From Christensenella sp. UBA7862 (GTDB lineage Bacteria > Bacillota > Clostridia > Christensenellales > UBA1242), in contig DLSM01000003.1 of the NCBI GenBank assembly GCA_002500135.1, positions 12,100 to 76,099 of the forward strand: a stretch of DNA of 64,000 bases. The letters are read 5' to 3'. Positions 10,487 to 19,503 of the stretch are shown one piece after another. The position numbers were made by a program, and so were the translations under genes. Below the pieces are notes generated by a model. It was not told the DNA's origin, made no database searches, and saw only the letters and a list, made by a program, of their open reading frames with translations. Numbering within the stretch: the stretch's first letter is position 1; the number at the start of each line of letters is the position of its first letter.

Positions 10487-12403
10487 TTATTCGTTATTTC
10501 CTGTTATATTTACATAAGAGAACCCAGAACCAAATGGCTCAAACAGTTCCCCCTCGCCCTCATAAAATCTTGAAAAGAATTCTACGTATTGAAGCCTTGC
10601 GACATGGATATATGCACTAAGGCAGCCCATTGAAAGATTGAACCCATGTCCAATTAAAAGAATTATTGCCCCAACAAGATAGGTCGCCGCACTGCTAAAA
10701 AATGGAACAGCCAACTGATTGACAATGCCCGCAATGATTGCACCACTTAACATCAGTCCAAAAAGTCTTGCATAACTCAAAATATCAGAAAAGATATTGA
10801 TTATCCCATACACTGCTCCAAAACTTTTTGTAAGACGATTTATACCCCTTTGAGTGGCTATTAAACCCACAACGCTTATTGCAACTGACGCAATGGCAAC
10901 ATACATGCCAATCATCTTTACTCCCTCAATAAGTCCCGCTATGTCAAGTGCCACAAGTCCTATGCCTACAAAAAAGCCTTCCCACACAAGTGCCGAAAAT
11001 ATTGCTTCCGCCACTTGTTTTCGTTTTATGAGCAAAATCGCTTTAAGAAGCAGCGACACCATAATTTGCACTGCGCCTGCCCCAAGACAAATGCCGAGCA
11101 TTGCAATAACATCTTTTGTTGGATTCGGCATTATTCTAGGCGGAATAATGCTCCAAACATCGCTCCCCACGCCAAACATTGAGCCAAAGAGTATTCCAAA
11201 TATTATCGCAAACACTCCCCCCGTTGCAAGCACGCCACATAGTTTTTTAAACGACGTTTCCTTTTTCTGCATTGCTCCGACAAATGTTCCAAACAGAACA
11301 AGCACAAAGCCATATCCAATGTCCGCCACCACAAAGCCAAAGAAAAGAGAAAAGAAGAAAGTCAAAAGCCCATTTGGGTCAAGTTCCCTATAGTTTGGCG
11401 AAGAATACATGTTTGTCACAAATTCAAAGTTGCTAACAATTTTGTTGTTTTTAAGAAGTGTTGACGGCATTTCATTTTTTGGAATTTCCAAAAATTCTTT
11501 CTCCATGCAAATTCCAAGTTTGTCCAAACACTTATCCACATAACTGACTTTGTCCTTTGGCAGATAGCCCTCAAGCACAAAAGTTTGTTTTGTTGAACGA
11601 ACAAGGTTCTCGGCATCCAACTTTTCCATGCAAAACTTAGTGTGGTCAAGTGATAACTTAAGGTTTTTGATACTGGACGAAAAACCTTTCAATTTTTCTT
11701 CACAAGCATGAATTTTATTGTTGTTTCTTATTATCTCATTTTGACATTCGGCAACAAGAGCCTTGCTTGTTTTGTCGTAATCAAACGGACATTTTGAAAA
11801 CCCAATTTCAGCCAAACCTCTTGATACGACAATACTTTCAGATTTATGGCAACAGACCTTCAAAACTCTGCCTTCGTCACCGCACACTTCAACAACCGTA
11901 AGTGGACAGTCTTTCAAAACTTCTGGCAGTCTTTCGCTATTTCCCTCTGGCAAAAGTCCCACATAAATATCCACATGTTTTGTGCTTTTGAAATCAGAAA
12001 ACTTCTCGCTTAAACAAAGATATGGTTCATAGGTCGAACGTCTTGTGACAATTTTCTCATTCTCTCGCTTTAATGTACCAATTTCCTTTTGAAGTTCATC
12101 AATTTGCTCAAGCGTTTTCTCGCAGTCAAAATTCCCGTTCACAAACTCCTCTGCACTCATGTCAAGCGTTTCTTCGTCAATCTTTCCCACGGCGTCTTGC
12201 ACAACTTCTATCGAACGAGCAATCTTATCATGTAGCGATTGCATACTGTCATACTTCTCCTCACAAAAGTTACATGCCGTGCCGTCAATGTTTGTTGTTT
12301 TTTTAAGTTCCACACAGCGAGTTCTGAAGAGTTCGTTTAATATCTTTTCTTTATCCATGGAGAGTGCAACAAGTTTAAGTTTTGACATTTCAACAATAGC
12401 CAT
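10487..12403 (-). CDS. ntpI: V-type ATPase subunit I (a-type membrane subunit)
   Basis: 638 aa. Soluble N-terminal half plus multi-TM C-terminal half ending in ARLQYVEFF. Confidence 0.9.
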   Translation of the reverse strand: MAIVEMSKLKLVALSMDKEKILNELFRTRCVELKKTTNIDGTACNFCEEKYDSMQSLHDKIARSIEVVQDAVGKIDEETLDMSAEEFVNGNFDCEKTLEQIDELQKEIGTLKRENEKIVTRRSTYEPYLCLSEKFSDFKSTKHVDIYVGLLPEGNSERLPEVLKDCPLTVVEVCGDEGRVLKVCCHKSESIVVSRGLAEIGFSKCPFDYDKTSKALVAECQNEIIRNNNKIHACEEKLKGFSSSIKNLKLSLDHTKFCMEKLDAENLVRSTKQTFVLEGYLPKDKVSYVDKCLDKLGICMEKEFLEIPKNEMPSTLLKNNKIVSNFEFVTNMYSSPNYRELDPNGLLTFFFSLFFGFVVADIGYGFVLVLFGTFVGAMQKKETSFKKLCGVLATGGVFAIIFGILFGSMFGVGSDVWSIIPPRIMPNPTKDVIAMLGICLGAGAVQIMVSLLLKAILLIKRKQVAEAIFSALVWEGFFVGIGLVALDIAGLIEGVKMIGMYVAIASVAISVVGLIATQRGINRLTKSFGAVYGIINIFSDILSYARLFGLMLSGAIIAGIVNQLAVPFFSSAATYLVGAIILLIGHGFNLSMGCLSAYIHVARLQYVEFFSRFYEGEGELFEPFGSGFSYVNITGNNE

Positions 12404-12710
12404 CTTGCACCCCCTGCACCACCCGTTTTGTAGTAGCGGCTATTGCATTCGTTTTCTCATTCTCAAGGTTGTCAAACTCCGCTTGTATTTTTGCCACAAT
12501 GTCTTGCAATTTCTCAGCGTATTTTTTCTCTAGTTTATTTAGTTCAGTCACATATCTTTTTTTGTCAAGTTCCAAAAACTCTTCTCTGTCTTTTGATAAT
12601 TGCTCGGACTTTTTGGAAACAATTTCTTGTGACTTTGTTTGTGCCAAAGACACAATTTGTTCTGCTTGTTCTTCTGCCAAAAGAATTTTGTCAATATATG
12701 CAGTTTTCAT
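12390..12710 (-). CDS. ntpF: V-type ATPase small stalk subunit (G-like, E. hirae NtpF position)
   Basis: 106-aa coiled-coil protein. First gene of the operon, overlapping ntpI. GGAGG RBS. Confidence 0.65.
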   Translation of the reverse strand: MKTAYIDKILLAEEQAEQIVSLAQTKSQEIVSKKSEQLSKDREEFLELDKKRYVTELNKLEKKYAEKLQDIVAKIQAEFDNLENEKTNAIAATTKRVVQGVQDGYC

Positions 12711-12857
12711 TTTTTGCCTCCAATCATTTTACAAAAAAGGGACCACAAAACCTATGCCGAGCAATCCCTTGTCAAATACTATTATGTGCTATATAAATAA
12801 TACTATAAATAGCCCCCTTTTATCAAGCAAAAGTGCCATGTTTTTGGATAAAATTTC

Positions 12858-12882
12858 CATAATTTTTGCATAAAAAAACCTT
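12858..12882. repeat. 25-nt sequence CATAATTTTTGCATAAAAAAACCTT, copy 1 of 2 (other copy 61430..61454)
   Basis: Identical 25-mer read at both places. In both it runs into the 5' arm of a terminator hairpin. Confidence 0.85.
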
Positions 12883-12899
12883 GGCGTAAAATTCCAAGG
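12872..12899 (-). terminator. Rho-independent terminator after the 85-aa membrane protein gene
   Basis: CCTTGG-9 nt-CCAAGG hairpin followed on the minus strand by T7. Confidence 0.5.
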
Positions 12900-12910
12900 C
12901 TGTTTTCTAT

Positions 12911-13168
12911 TTATCTTGTTTGGATGTAAATCACCACATAAATTGAAATGATGATAAGTCCAGCTAGAATGAGAAGCAATCCGGCAAGTTTAAGTGCCAT
13001 ATTAACTTTATCGTCACTTTTAATTTCGTTTGAATGTCTAACTGCTCTTGTTATTCTTGCTGACAATGCCACAAGCGCAATGCCCAAAACGACAAGCACA
13101 AGCCCAACTATAACAAGTGGTTCACTCAAAAATTGTACAAGAGTTCTTCCAAGCATATCTCCCAACAT
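12911..13168 (-). CDS. Small membrane protein (two predicted TM helices), unknown function
   Basis: 85 aa, GGAGGG RBS, own promoter and terminator. Hydrophobic stretches LVIVGLVLVVLGIALVAL and LAGLLLILAGLIIISIYVVIY. Confidence 0.6.
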   Translation of the reverse strand: MLGDMLGRTLVQFLSEPLVIVGLVLVVLGIALVALSARITRAVRHSNEIKSDDKVNMALKLAGLLLILAGLIIISIYVVIYIQTR

Positions 13169-13198
13169 TTTTCACCCTCCAAATTTAATTTCTGCCAT

Positions 13199-13227
13199 AT
13201 TATATCAAATGTAGATTAAAATTTCAA
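13199..13227 (-). promoter_or_regulatory. Sigma-A type promoter
   Basis: Minus strand TTGAAA-17 nt-TATAAT with TGn extension. Confidence 0.55.
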
Positions 13228-13325
13228 TAGTAATTTTGCACAAAATAACTTTTTATGAAAATTTATCACATTTTTTGTGTTTTCCCACCTATTTTTATGC
13301 CAATTTCTATCGATTTTTACAAATT

Positions 13326-14969
13326 TTACACTTCAAGATTATACTTTGTTGTGAAGTCATAAAAGTCTTCTTGTGTAATTTTAAACTTATTACAAATTTT
13401 ACTCAAAGGTGCGTGCCTAGTGTCTTTTAATATGTCCCACGCAAGAAATGCCGCCAACACATTTTCATCAACGTTATCATTTTTTATTTTTCGCTCTAGT
13501 CTAACAACTGGCTTTGCTATTGTCAGTTGAAAGTTTGCGATGTCAGTAAAAATGTATCTTACAAGCAACATAACGGCGTTATAAAGGTTCATGTTATTTG
13601 TTTTTGTTGCCAAGTTGTTTGGCAAAATGATTTTTGAAAATATGTCGTCACGAACAATGCAAACTCGCCTTGTGCAATTTAGCCCCGCACGCTTTAGGGC
13701 GATTCTGTTTTTCAAACTTGTTTTTATCTGTCTGCCAAGAAGAATAAAGTCAAAGAATTCGTCAAGGCAATTATCATCTATTGAAGCAAGTTTCAAAAGA
13801 AGCAGCGAAGAAATATTTGTTTCTTGCTTTGCTATGTAATAAAACAAGTCTTCGTTGTTTTTAAACTCATTCAAAAGTGCCTCTGGCGTTTGAACAAGCA
13901 TTTCTTTAACTTTTGCATTTATAATATTCTCTTCTCGTTTTGGAATGTTAAAGATATATTTAAAATTGTGTTTTTTATTATCGCCACAGAACTTCAAATA
14001 ATAGTCAAAAATATATCCGTCAAATGGGTCAAGAAGTTTCAAATCAAGAAGTCTAGTCTTTATTTGCTCACCTTTGCCGCAGTTTATGCAAGTTATGCAA
14101 TACAAGAAGTCCAACTCTGGCTCCGCCGTCCCGCTTTCAACATATCCTCGCATATACTCAGCGGCAAGTTCATTTTCCCCCACTTGCGAAAATGAAGCCC
14201 CTATTCTATATCTCTGCTCCATGTCCACGTTGTCAATGTTTTGTAGTCGTTTTTTAATTTCCTTACATCTTTCATCATTTCCCAAGGAATATTCAATTAG
14301 CATTTGACTTATCAAATCTTGAACGGACTCTTTGCCATAAGTCTTTATAATCTCACTTGCCCTATCCATTTCCCCCGCAAAAAAATATGCCATAACAAGT
14401 TCGTTTCTTATGTCGTCATCTTGAAAATTCGCCATGTTCTCATAAGTCTTTATCGCTTCTTCCAAGTTGCCTTGTGACATTTTTTCATGCGCAAGAAGCA
14501 AGTTATGTTTCAAGAGATAATCGTCATTGACAAGTTGCAAAGCAGGTTTCCCTTTTTGAATTCTGTCAATTTCGACCAACATATCCTTAAGAAGTTGTTC
14601 TTGTGGGGTGTTTTTGTGTTGATTTAAATAAACATTTGCATAAAATCTTGCCACGTCATATTCTTCAAGCATAAAATATGCCCGAGCGAGCATTGTATAG
14701 ACGAGGTCGGCGTGTGAATCGTCTGTTTTCTTCAGCACTTTATATCCATAAAAAATGCCCATAGGAATCATTCTTAGTTCATAATATATCCCCGAGCGAA
14801 TTGAGTTTATAAGAAATTCCTCATCATCATTCAGTTCCATTTGGCCAGCTATGCGAAGATATTTTAGGGCTTTCTTATATTCTTGCTCCTCCTCAAAAAA
14901 CTTCCTCGCACGGAACAGATAAAAGATTGGCTTTTTCTTAATGTTTATAACTTTTCTTTCTTCTTCCAT
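13326..14969 (-). CDS. Hypothetical protein with TPR-like helical repeats in the N-terminal half
   Basis: 547-aa ORF. Repeated A/Y/L-rich helix pairs (e.g. GNLEEAIKTYENMANF). No clear Shine-Dalgarno before ATG 14969. Confidence 0.65.
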   Translation of the reverse strand: MEEERKVINIKKKPIFYLFRARKFFEEEQEYKKALKYLRIAGQMELNDDEEFLINSIRSGIYYELRMIPMGIFYGYKVLKKTDDSHADLVYTMLARAYFMLEEYDVARFYANVYLNQHKNTPQEQLLKDMLVEIDRIQKGKPALQLVNDDYLLKHNLLLAHEKMSQGNLEEAIKTYENMANFQDDDIRNELVMAYFFAGEMDRASEIIKTYGKESVQDLISQMLIEYSLGNDERCKEIKKRLQNIDNVDMEQRYRIGASFSQVGENELAAEYMRGYVESGTAEPELDFLYCITCINCGKGEQIKTRLLDLKLLDPFDGYIFDYYLKFCGDNKKHNFKYIFNIPKREENIINAKVKEMLVQTPEALLNEFKNNEDLFYYIAKQETNISSLLLLKLASIDDNCLDEFFDFILLGRQIKTSLKNRIALKRAGLNCTRRVCIVRDDIFSKIILPNNLATKTNNMNLYNAVMLLVRYIFTDIANFQLTIAKPVVRLERKIKNDNVDENVLAAFLAWDILKDTRHAPLSKICNKFKITQEDFYDFTTKYNLEV

Positions 14970-15074
14970 AATTAAAATTTATTCTTTAGGTTGTAAAAAA
15001 AACACAGAATAATGTCAAAAATTCTCCTATAATGTTATTTTAGCAAAAAAATTGTCTTTTAAAAAGAGATTTTG

Positions 15075-16487
15075 TCATTCTACACAAACAAGTTTCTTAA
15101 GCCACAAATAAGTGTTCATGACAGTTGCATATTCCACTCTTTCGCCATGCAAGTTTTCATCAAGGATTTTTGGAGAAATGCACACACACTCGCACTTCTT
15201 AATTTTCTTTTGAAAAATGCCCAACTCGCTTGCAAAGTTTCCTTTCTCGAGTTTTATATCTTCAAAGCCAACATAGTTTGCTTTAAGCGCCTTGACCAAA
15301 GAACTTTCCTCATTTGCTTCAAAATGATTGATTGTGGAAACAACACTCAAACTTGCCCCAAACTTGTCTGAGAAAGACTTGAGTTTGTTTTCCTTTATGT
15401 CCAAGTCTTTCTTGTCGCTTGACAGTACTTGAAGCGAAAGTTCCCCCTTGTTTGGCTCAAAATCTAGCACACTTGTCCCTATTTCTTGCTCTAAGTCATA
15501 AAGTTCAAACACGAAGTTAATAAACTTTTCTGTATCCTCAAGCACCAAAAAATTGTCCGCTTGTCTTGTGCAATCAATTTTAAGTCCAGCGTAATTATTC
15601 TTTTGCAAAATGTATTCGCCAAGAAGTTTGGCTTTGACCTTCAGTTCCTCGCAAAAGGTTGAAAATACACACTCAATTTTGTTTGCGTCAATGTAATTTA
15701 TTGAGTTAATCATAAACTTATCTTTGCTCAAGAATTTTGCAAGTGAATATAGGGACGAAAAGCCCTCACTTCCGTCATCGACAATTTTTCTTTGCCAAAA
15801 GATGTTTCTCTTGATTTTTGGTTGGCAAGAGATTTTAAGTTTAAAAGTTTTGAACCCTGCGTCCTTGCTCATAAAAGCTTTATTCATATTCAGTTTGCAA
15901 AACACAAGCGAACTATCATAGTTTGAGGTGAAGATTTTGTTATATTGTCCACCGTCAAGTGAGATAAGATTTCTACAATTTATTTTTGAAATATCAAGCA
16001 TTTTCGCCCCAACAAATTTTCCGTCATCTCGTGGAGTGAAAATAATTTTAAAAGGTACTTTTGCCCTATTTTCAATAAGATTTAATGCCATTGCAACTTT
16101 AGATAGCGTTGCAAGGCGTGGGGTTGTATCCTCAAGAACAAGATATTTGGAACTTGAATCTATTGACTTTTGCGAAAGATTTGACAAACTTTTTTCGCCA
16201 AGGTTTAGGACTGGATTTTGTCTATGTTTTCGCCAACCAGTGTTTTCAAGGACTTTTGTATTAAGTCCCCGTTCCAGAGAACAAAGTGGAATAACTATCC
16301 CCACTTCGTCAATGTCGCCCGCCTCAATATCTTCCTTTTTTGGTCGGCACGAAATAATGCAGTTGTCAAATTGGTCTTGATAAACTTCATGCTCCAACGA
16401 CTTTGCCCTGCTAGATACAAAATCAACAAGCGAGTCGTTTGTTAGGTTGTGGATATTTACAAGTTGTTCCAAAGTGGACAAAATCAT
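15075..16487 (-). CDS. PepD-like (peptidase M20C, Xaa-His dipeptidase family) protein, possibly non-catalytic
   Basis: Start set to ATG 16487 after GGAGGG. Blocks align by eye with E. coli PepD: TTPRLATLSKVAMAL vs TTLGADNGIGMASAL; FTPRDDGKFVGA vs LTMTEEAGMDGA; AGFKTFKLKIS vs AGFETFKLTLKG; LHGERVEY vs HSPDEQVH. Confidence 0.75.
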   Translation of the reverse strand: MILSTLEQLVNIHNLTNDSLVDFVSSRAKSLEHEVYQDQFDNCIISCRPKKEDIEAGDIDEVGIVIPLCSLERGLNTKVLENTGWRKHRQNPVLNLGEKSLSNLSQKSIDSSSKYLVLEDTTPRLATLSKVAMALNLIENRAKVPFKIIFTPRDDGKFVGAKMLDISKINCRNLISLDGGQYNKIFTSNYDSSLVFCKLNMNKAFMSKDAGFKTFKLKISCQPKIKRNIFWQRKIVDDGSEGFSSLYSLAKFLSKDKFMINSINYIDANKIECVFSTFCEELKVKAKLLGEYILQKNNYAGLKIDCTRQADNFLVLEDTEKFINFVFELYDLEQEIGTSVLDFEPNKGELSLQVLSSDKKDLDIKENKLKSFSDKFGASLSVVSTINHFEANEESSLVKALKANYVGFEDIKLEKGNFASELGIFQKKIKKCECVCISPKILDENLHGERVEYATVMNTYLWLKKLVCVE

Positions 16488-16578
16488 AATTCCCTCCAAA
16501 TTTTCTTCTATATATATTTTGCAACATTTTGCGTCAAAATGCTAATGATTTTGCATATTTTTTAAAAAAATTTCCAAC

Positions 16579-16604
16579 AAAAAAAGGACAAGTTTGTCTT
16601 GTCC
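16579..16604 (-). terminator. Rho-independent terminator after rpmF
   Basis: GGACAAG-5 nt-CTTGTCC followed on the minus strand by T7. Confidence 0.65.
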
Positions 16605-16625
16605 ACCGAGCAAAAGAAATTGAAA

Positions 16626-16823
16626 TTACTTGCTTTCTTTTTCTTTAGCCTTTTTTGCAACAACTTCCTTGCCGTCATAATATCCACATTCCGAGCACAC
16701 AGTGTGAGAGCGGATAACTGCTTTGCAGTGTGGACATTCCACAAGTGTTGGGGCTGTTGCTGTCCAATTTGCCTTTCTTTTGTCACGTCTTGATTTGCTA
16801 ACTTTAACTTTTGGAACTGCCAT
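16626..16823 (-). CDS. rpmF: 50S ribosomal protein L32
   Basis: MAVPKVKVSKSRRDKRKANW plus the CPHC...CSEC zinc ribbon. AGGAGA RBS. Confidence 0.95.
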   Translation of the reverse strand: MAVPKVKVSKSRRDKRKANWTATAPTLVECPHCKAVIRSHTVCSECGYYDGKEVVAKKAKEKESK

Positions 16824-16827
16824 TTTA

Positions 16828-17337
16828 CTATCTCCTATTTTTTAATTTGTCAAACGGGTTATCAAGTCTTTCCTCGTCTTGCTGAATTTGCTCACAGTTG
16901 CAAGTGTAGTAGTTTTTGTTTTTGCCACAAACTTGGCACAAACCCTTGCAGTCTGCCTTGCACAGCATTTTGGTTGGAAGACTCAAAAGCAAGTTATTTG
17001 CAACGACTTCATCAATTTCCACAGATGTTCCATTTATAATCGAAAAACTTTCGTCATCATGTAAGTTATATTGCTCCACAAAAGTTTCTTCAACTGGAAA
17101 GTTGAGAGTCATTTCAAACTCCTCGCCGCACTTGTCGCACACACAAAGCAACTGAATGGAGGCATTTGCCACAAGATGCAACTGCTCGTCAAGATATTCA
17201 AAATATCCCTTGACCACTGCATCCGAAGTGAACTTGTCACCCTTGCCAGAAACCAACTCCTGCGACATAGGCAACGACACCTCAAAATCAATTTTTTGTC
17301 CCTCTTGACTTTTTGCTTTTAAAATGTTCAACAACAT
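16828..17337 (-). CDS. yceD: YceD/DUF177 family protein
   Basis: 169 aa, immediately upstream of rpmF as in most bacteria. C-terminal CxxC...CxxC pairs (CDKCGEEF, CQVCGKNKN). Confidence 0.85.
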   Translation of the reverse strand: MLLNILKAKSQEGQKIDFEVSLPMSQELVSGKGDKFTSDAVVKGYFEYLDEQLHLVANASIQLLCVCDKCGEEFEMTLNFPVEETFVEQYNLHDDESFSIINGTSVEIDEVVANNLLLSLPTKMLCKADCKGLCQVCGKNKNYYTCNCEQIQQDEERLDNPFDKLKNRR

Positions 17338-17346
17338 AGCATGCTT

Positions 17347-17375
17347 ATTATATTGCCTTTTTTGTAACTTGTCAA
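17347..17375 (-). promoter_or_regulatory. Consensus sigma-A promoter of yceD-rpmF
   Basis: Minus strand TTGACA-17 nt-TATAAT. Only 9 nt separate the -10 from ATG 17337. Confidence 0.6.
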
Positions 17376-17456
17376 TGTTTTTGTTTACATTTTATTGTTT
17401 TTGTTTACAAATTTTTAGTTTATAGATTGAAATAAGCCCTAAACCCCTAAATGAAT

Positions 17457-17485
17457 TTGACTTTTTCACAAAAATATTGTAAAAT
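17457..17485 (+). promoter_or_regulatory. Promoter of tRNA-Leu
   Basis: TTGACT-17 nt-TAAAAT, ending 9 nt before the tRNA 5' end. Confidence 0.5.
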
Positions 17486-17494
17486 ACTATATAT

Positions 17495-17579
17495 GTGGAT
17501 ATGGTGAAACTGGTAAACACGCTAGATTCAGGTTCTAGTGAGGCGACTCTTGCAGGTTCAAGTCCTGTTATCCACACCA
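17495..17579 (+). tRNA. tRNA-Leu(CAG), CCA encoded
   Basis: Hand fold: acceptor GTGGATA/TATCCAC; D arm GTG..CAC; anticodon stem CTAGA/TCTAG with loop TTCAGGT; long variable arm; T arm GCAGG-TTCAAGT-CCTGT; ACCA tail. End coordinate cross-checked against the antisense ORF 17392..17580. Confidence 0.9.
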
Positions 17580-17585
17580 CCCATC

Positions 17586-17609
17586 AAAAAAGCCCAAACG
17601 GGCTTTTTT
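17586..17609. terminator. Bidirectional terminator shared by tRNA-Leu (+) and lysS (-)
   Basis: AAAAAGCCC-AAAC-GGGCTTTTT, with A/T runs on both sides. Confidence 0.7.
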
Positions 17610-17615
17610 ATACAT

Positions 17616-19088
17616 TTATTTCATTAGTGGGAACAAGACGACATCACGGACCGATTCTTGGTTGGTGAGGAGGCACATAAGTCTGTCCACGCCAAACCCA
17701 AGTCCAGAGATTGGTGGCATGCCGTGTTCCATAGCATTTAGGAAGTCTTCGTCAAGTTCCATTGCTTCGTCATCACCTTCTGTTCTTGCTTTTGCTTGTT
17801 CTTCAAGTGTTTGACGTTGCACTATTGGGTCAACAAGTTCTGAATAAGCCTTGCAGATTTCGTCCCCGCAGACCAAAACTTGGAACAAGTCAATTCTTCT
17901 TGCGTCTTCATCATTTCTTCTTGCAAGAGGCACAAGGCATGCTGGATAGTTATAGAGGACTGTTGGTTGAATGATATTTTCCCTAATTTTTCTCTTATAA
18001 ACAAGGTCAATAACTCCGCCAACTGTTTTGCAAGCGTCAAAGTCGTCCATTGAGAAAAGACCAGTTTTCACAATGTCTTCTTTAAGTTTTTGGGCATTTG
18101 TATATTCAAGGATATTAAGTCCCAAAATTTCGTTGACTCGCTCTGTGTAGTTAATTCTCTCAAAGTCTTTTGAGAAGTCAAGAGTATGTCCCTTAAATTC
18201 AATTTTCAAGTCTTCATTGCAAATGGTTCTAATCGCTTCCCTAATGAATTTTGTGAAGAATCTGATATTATCTTCAAAATTCCAATAGGCAGCATACCAT
18301 TCGACCATTGTAAATTCTTGCAAGTGGCTTGGGTCCATGCCTTCATTTCTGAAGCATTTTGCCACTTCAAAAACTCTGTCGAAACCGCCAGCGATGACGT
18401 GTTTTAGATAAACTTCTGGTGCAATTCTGAGGTTGCAGATTTTGTTTAGTGCATTGTGTTTTGTAAAGAAAGGTTTTGCACTTGCTCCGCACACTGCACT
18501 TTGCAAAATTGGAGTTTCCACTTCCAAAAAACCATTTTCATTGAGGAAATTTCTGAGGAATGACAAAAATTTGCTACGTTTTAGGAAAACTTGTCTGCTT
18601 TCTTCGTTTGACACCAAGTCCATGCAACGTTCCCTATATCTTTGGTCTTGATTTGTAAGCCCATGGTGTTTTTCTGGGAGAGGCAAAATGGCTTTTGACA
18701 AGAGTTCATAGTCTGCTACACGCACAGTTTTTTCGCCTGTTTGGGTGGTGTAAAGCTCGCCCTCTATGCCAACAAAGTCACCGATGTCAACCATTTTCTT
18801 GAAGAAAGTGTATTTGTCTTCGTCAATTTCGTTACGGCTGATACTTGCTTGAAGTCTTGCTTCCACATCTTCAAGTGCAAAAAAACTGAGTTTGCCCATA
18901 ATGCGTCTGAAAGTCATTCTTCCGCAAACTCTAACTTTTGTGCCGTCTGGCAAAGATTTTGCTTCCACAAGTTTGTGAGTTCTTTCGAACTTTTCTGCAT
19001 AGACAATTTTGCCTTCTTCTTTAAGTTTTCTGACTTTTTCTTTTCTAATATCTACTTCGCTTGATAGATTTTGTGTGTTGTTGTCCAT
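17616..19088 (-). CDS. lysS: Lysyl-tRNA synthetase, class II
   Basis: 490 aa. OB-fold N-terminus and class II motifs (FRNEG, GLGFGVDRL). Confidence 0.95.
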   Translation of the reverse strand: MDNNTQNLSSEVDIRKEKVRKLKEEGKIVYAEKFERTHKLVEAKSLPDGTKVRVCGRMTFRRIMGKLSFFALEDVEARLQASISRNEIDEDKYTFFKKMVDIGDFVGIEGELYTTQTGEKTVRVADYELLSKAILPLPEKHHGLTNQDQRYRERCMDLVSNEESRQVFLKRSKFLSFLRNFLNENGFLEVETPILQSAVCGASAKPFFTKHNALNKICNLRIAPEVYLKHVIAGGFDRVFEVAKCFRNEGMDPSHLQEFTMVEWYAAYWNFEDNIRFFTKFIREAIRTICNEDLKIEFKGHTLDFSKDFERINYTERVNEILGLNILEYTNAQKLKEDIVKTGLFSMDDFDACKTVGGVIDLVYKRKIRENIIQPTVLYNYPACLVPLARRNDEDARRIDLFQVLVCGDEICKAYSELVDPIVQRQTLEEQAKARTEGDDEAMELDEDFLNAMEHGMPPISGLGFGVDRLMCLLTNQESVRDVVLFPLMK

Positions 19089-19114
19089 AAATAGTTCCTT
19101 CTGCTGCGTTAAAT

Positions 19115-19489
19115 TTACTTGTTATCTGATGATTTTTTGTCAATTTTTTGTTTGGCTTCTTCTTCATCCATAAGTTTGTTGTAAACTTCAAAAACCTTGT
19201 CGATAATGTCAATATCGCCAACGAGTTCAAGATATTCGCTGTGTTCGCCAGTTTCTGCGTCTTCTTCTGTTTCCACAATTTCAAAAGCCAATGCTTCGTC
19301 TTCACCAACACCTTCAATTTCTTTCATTGGTTTCAAAATTGCATAAATTTTTTCTTCAAGTGGAATAAGTGCGATTTGCTCAAATTGAACTTCCTCTCCT
19401 TTTTCGTTGTAAAGAGAGATTGGGTCTGTGTTGTCCTCGTCAAATAGGCAATCGATTGGGCTTTTCACTTCTTTTTCGTTTTCGTTCAT
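19115..19489 (-). CDS. DUF1292 (YrzB-like) protein
   Basis: 124-aa acidic protein with YNEKGEEVQFEQIALIPLEEKIYAILKP. Sits after ruvX as in Bacillus. Confidence 0.8.
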   Translation of the reverse strand: MNENEKEVKSPIDCLFDEDNTDPISLYNEKGEEVQFEQIALIPLEEKIYAILKPMKEIEGVGEDEALAFEIVETEEDAETGEHSEYLELVGDIDIIDKVFEVYNKLMDEEEAKQKIDKKSSDNK

Positions 19490-19503
19490 TTTAATTCTCC
19501 TTT

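Noticed and set aside
17567-17575. DnaA-box-like TTATCCACA
   Set aside because: It is the T-arm/acceptor junction of tRNA-Leu. There is no cluster of boxes or AT-rich unwinding element, so it is not an origin.
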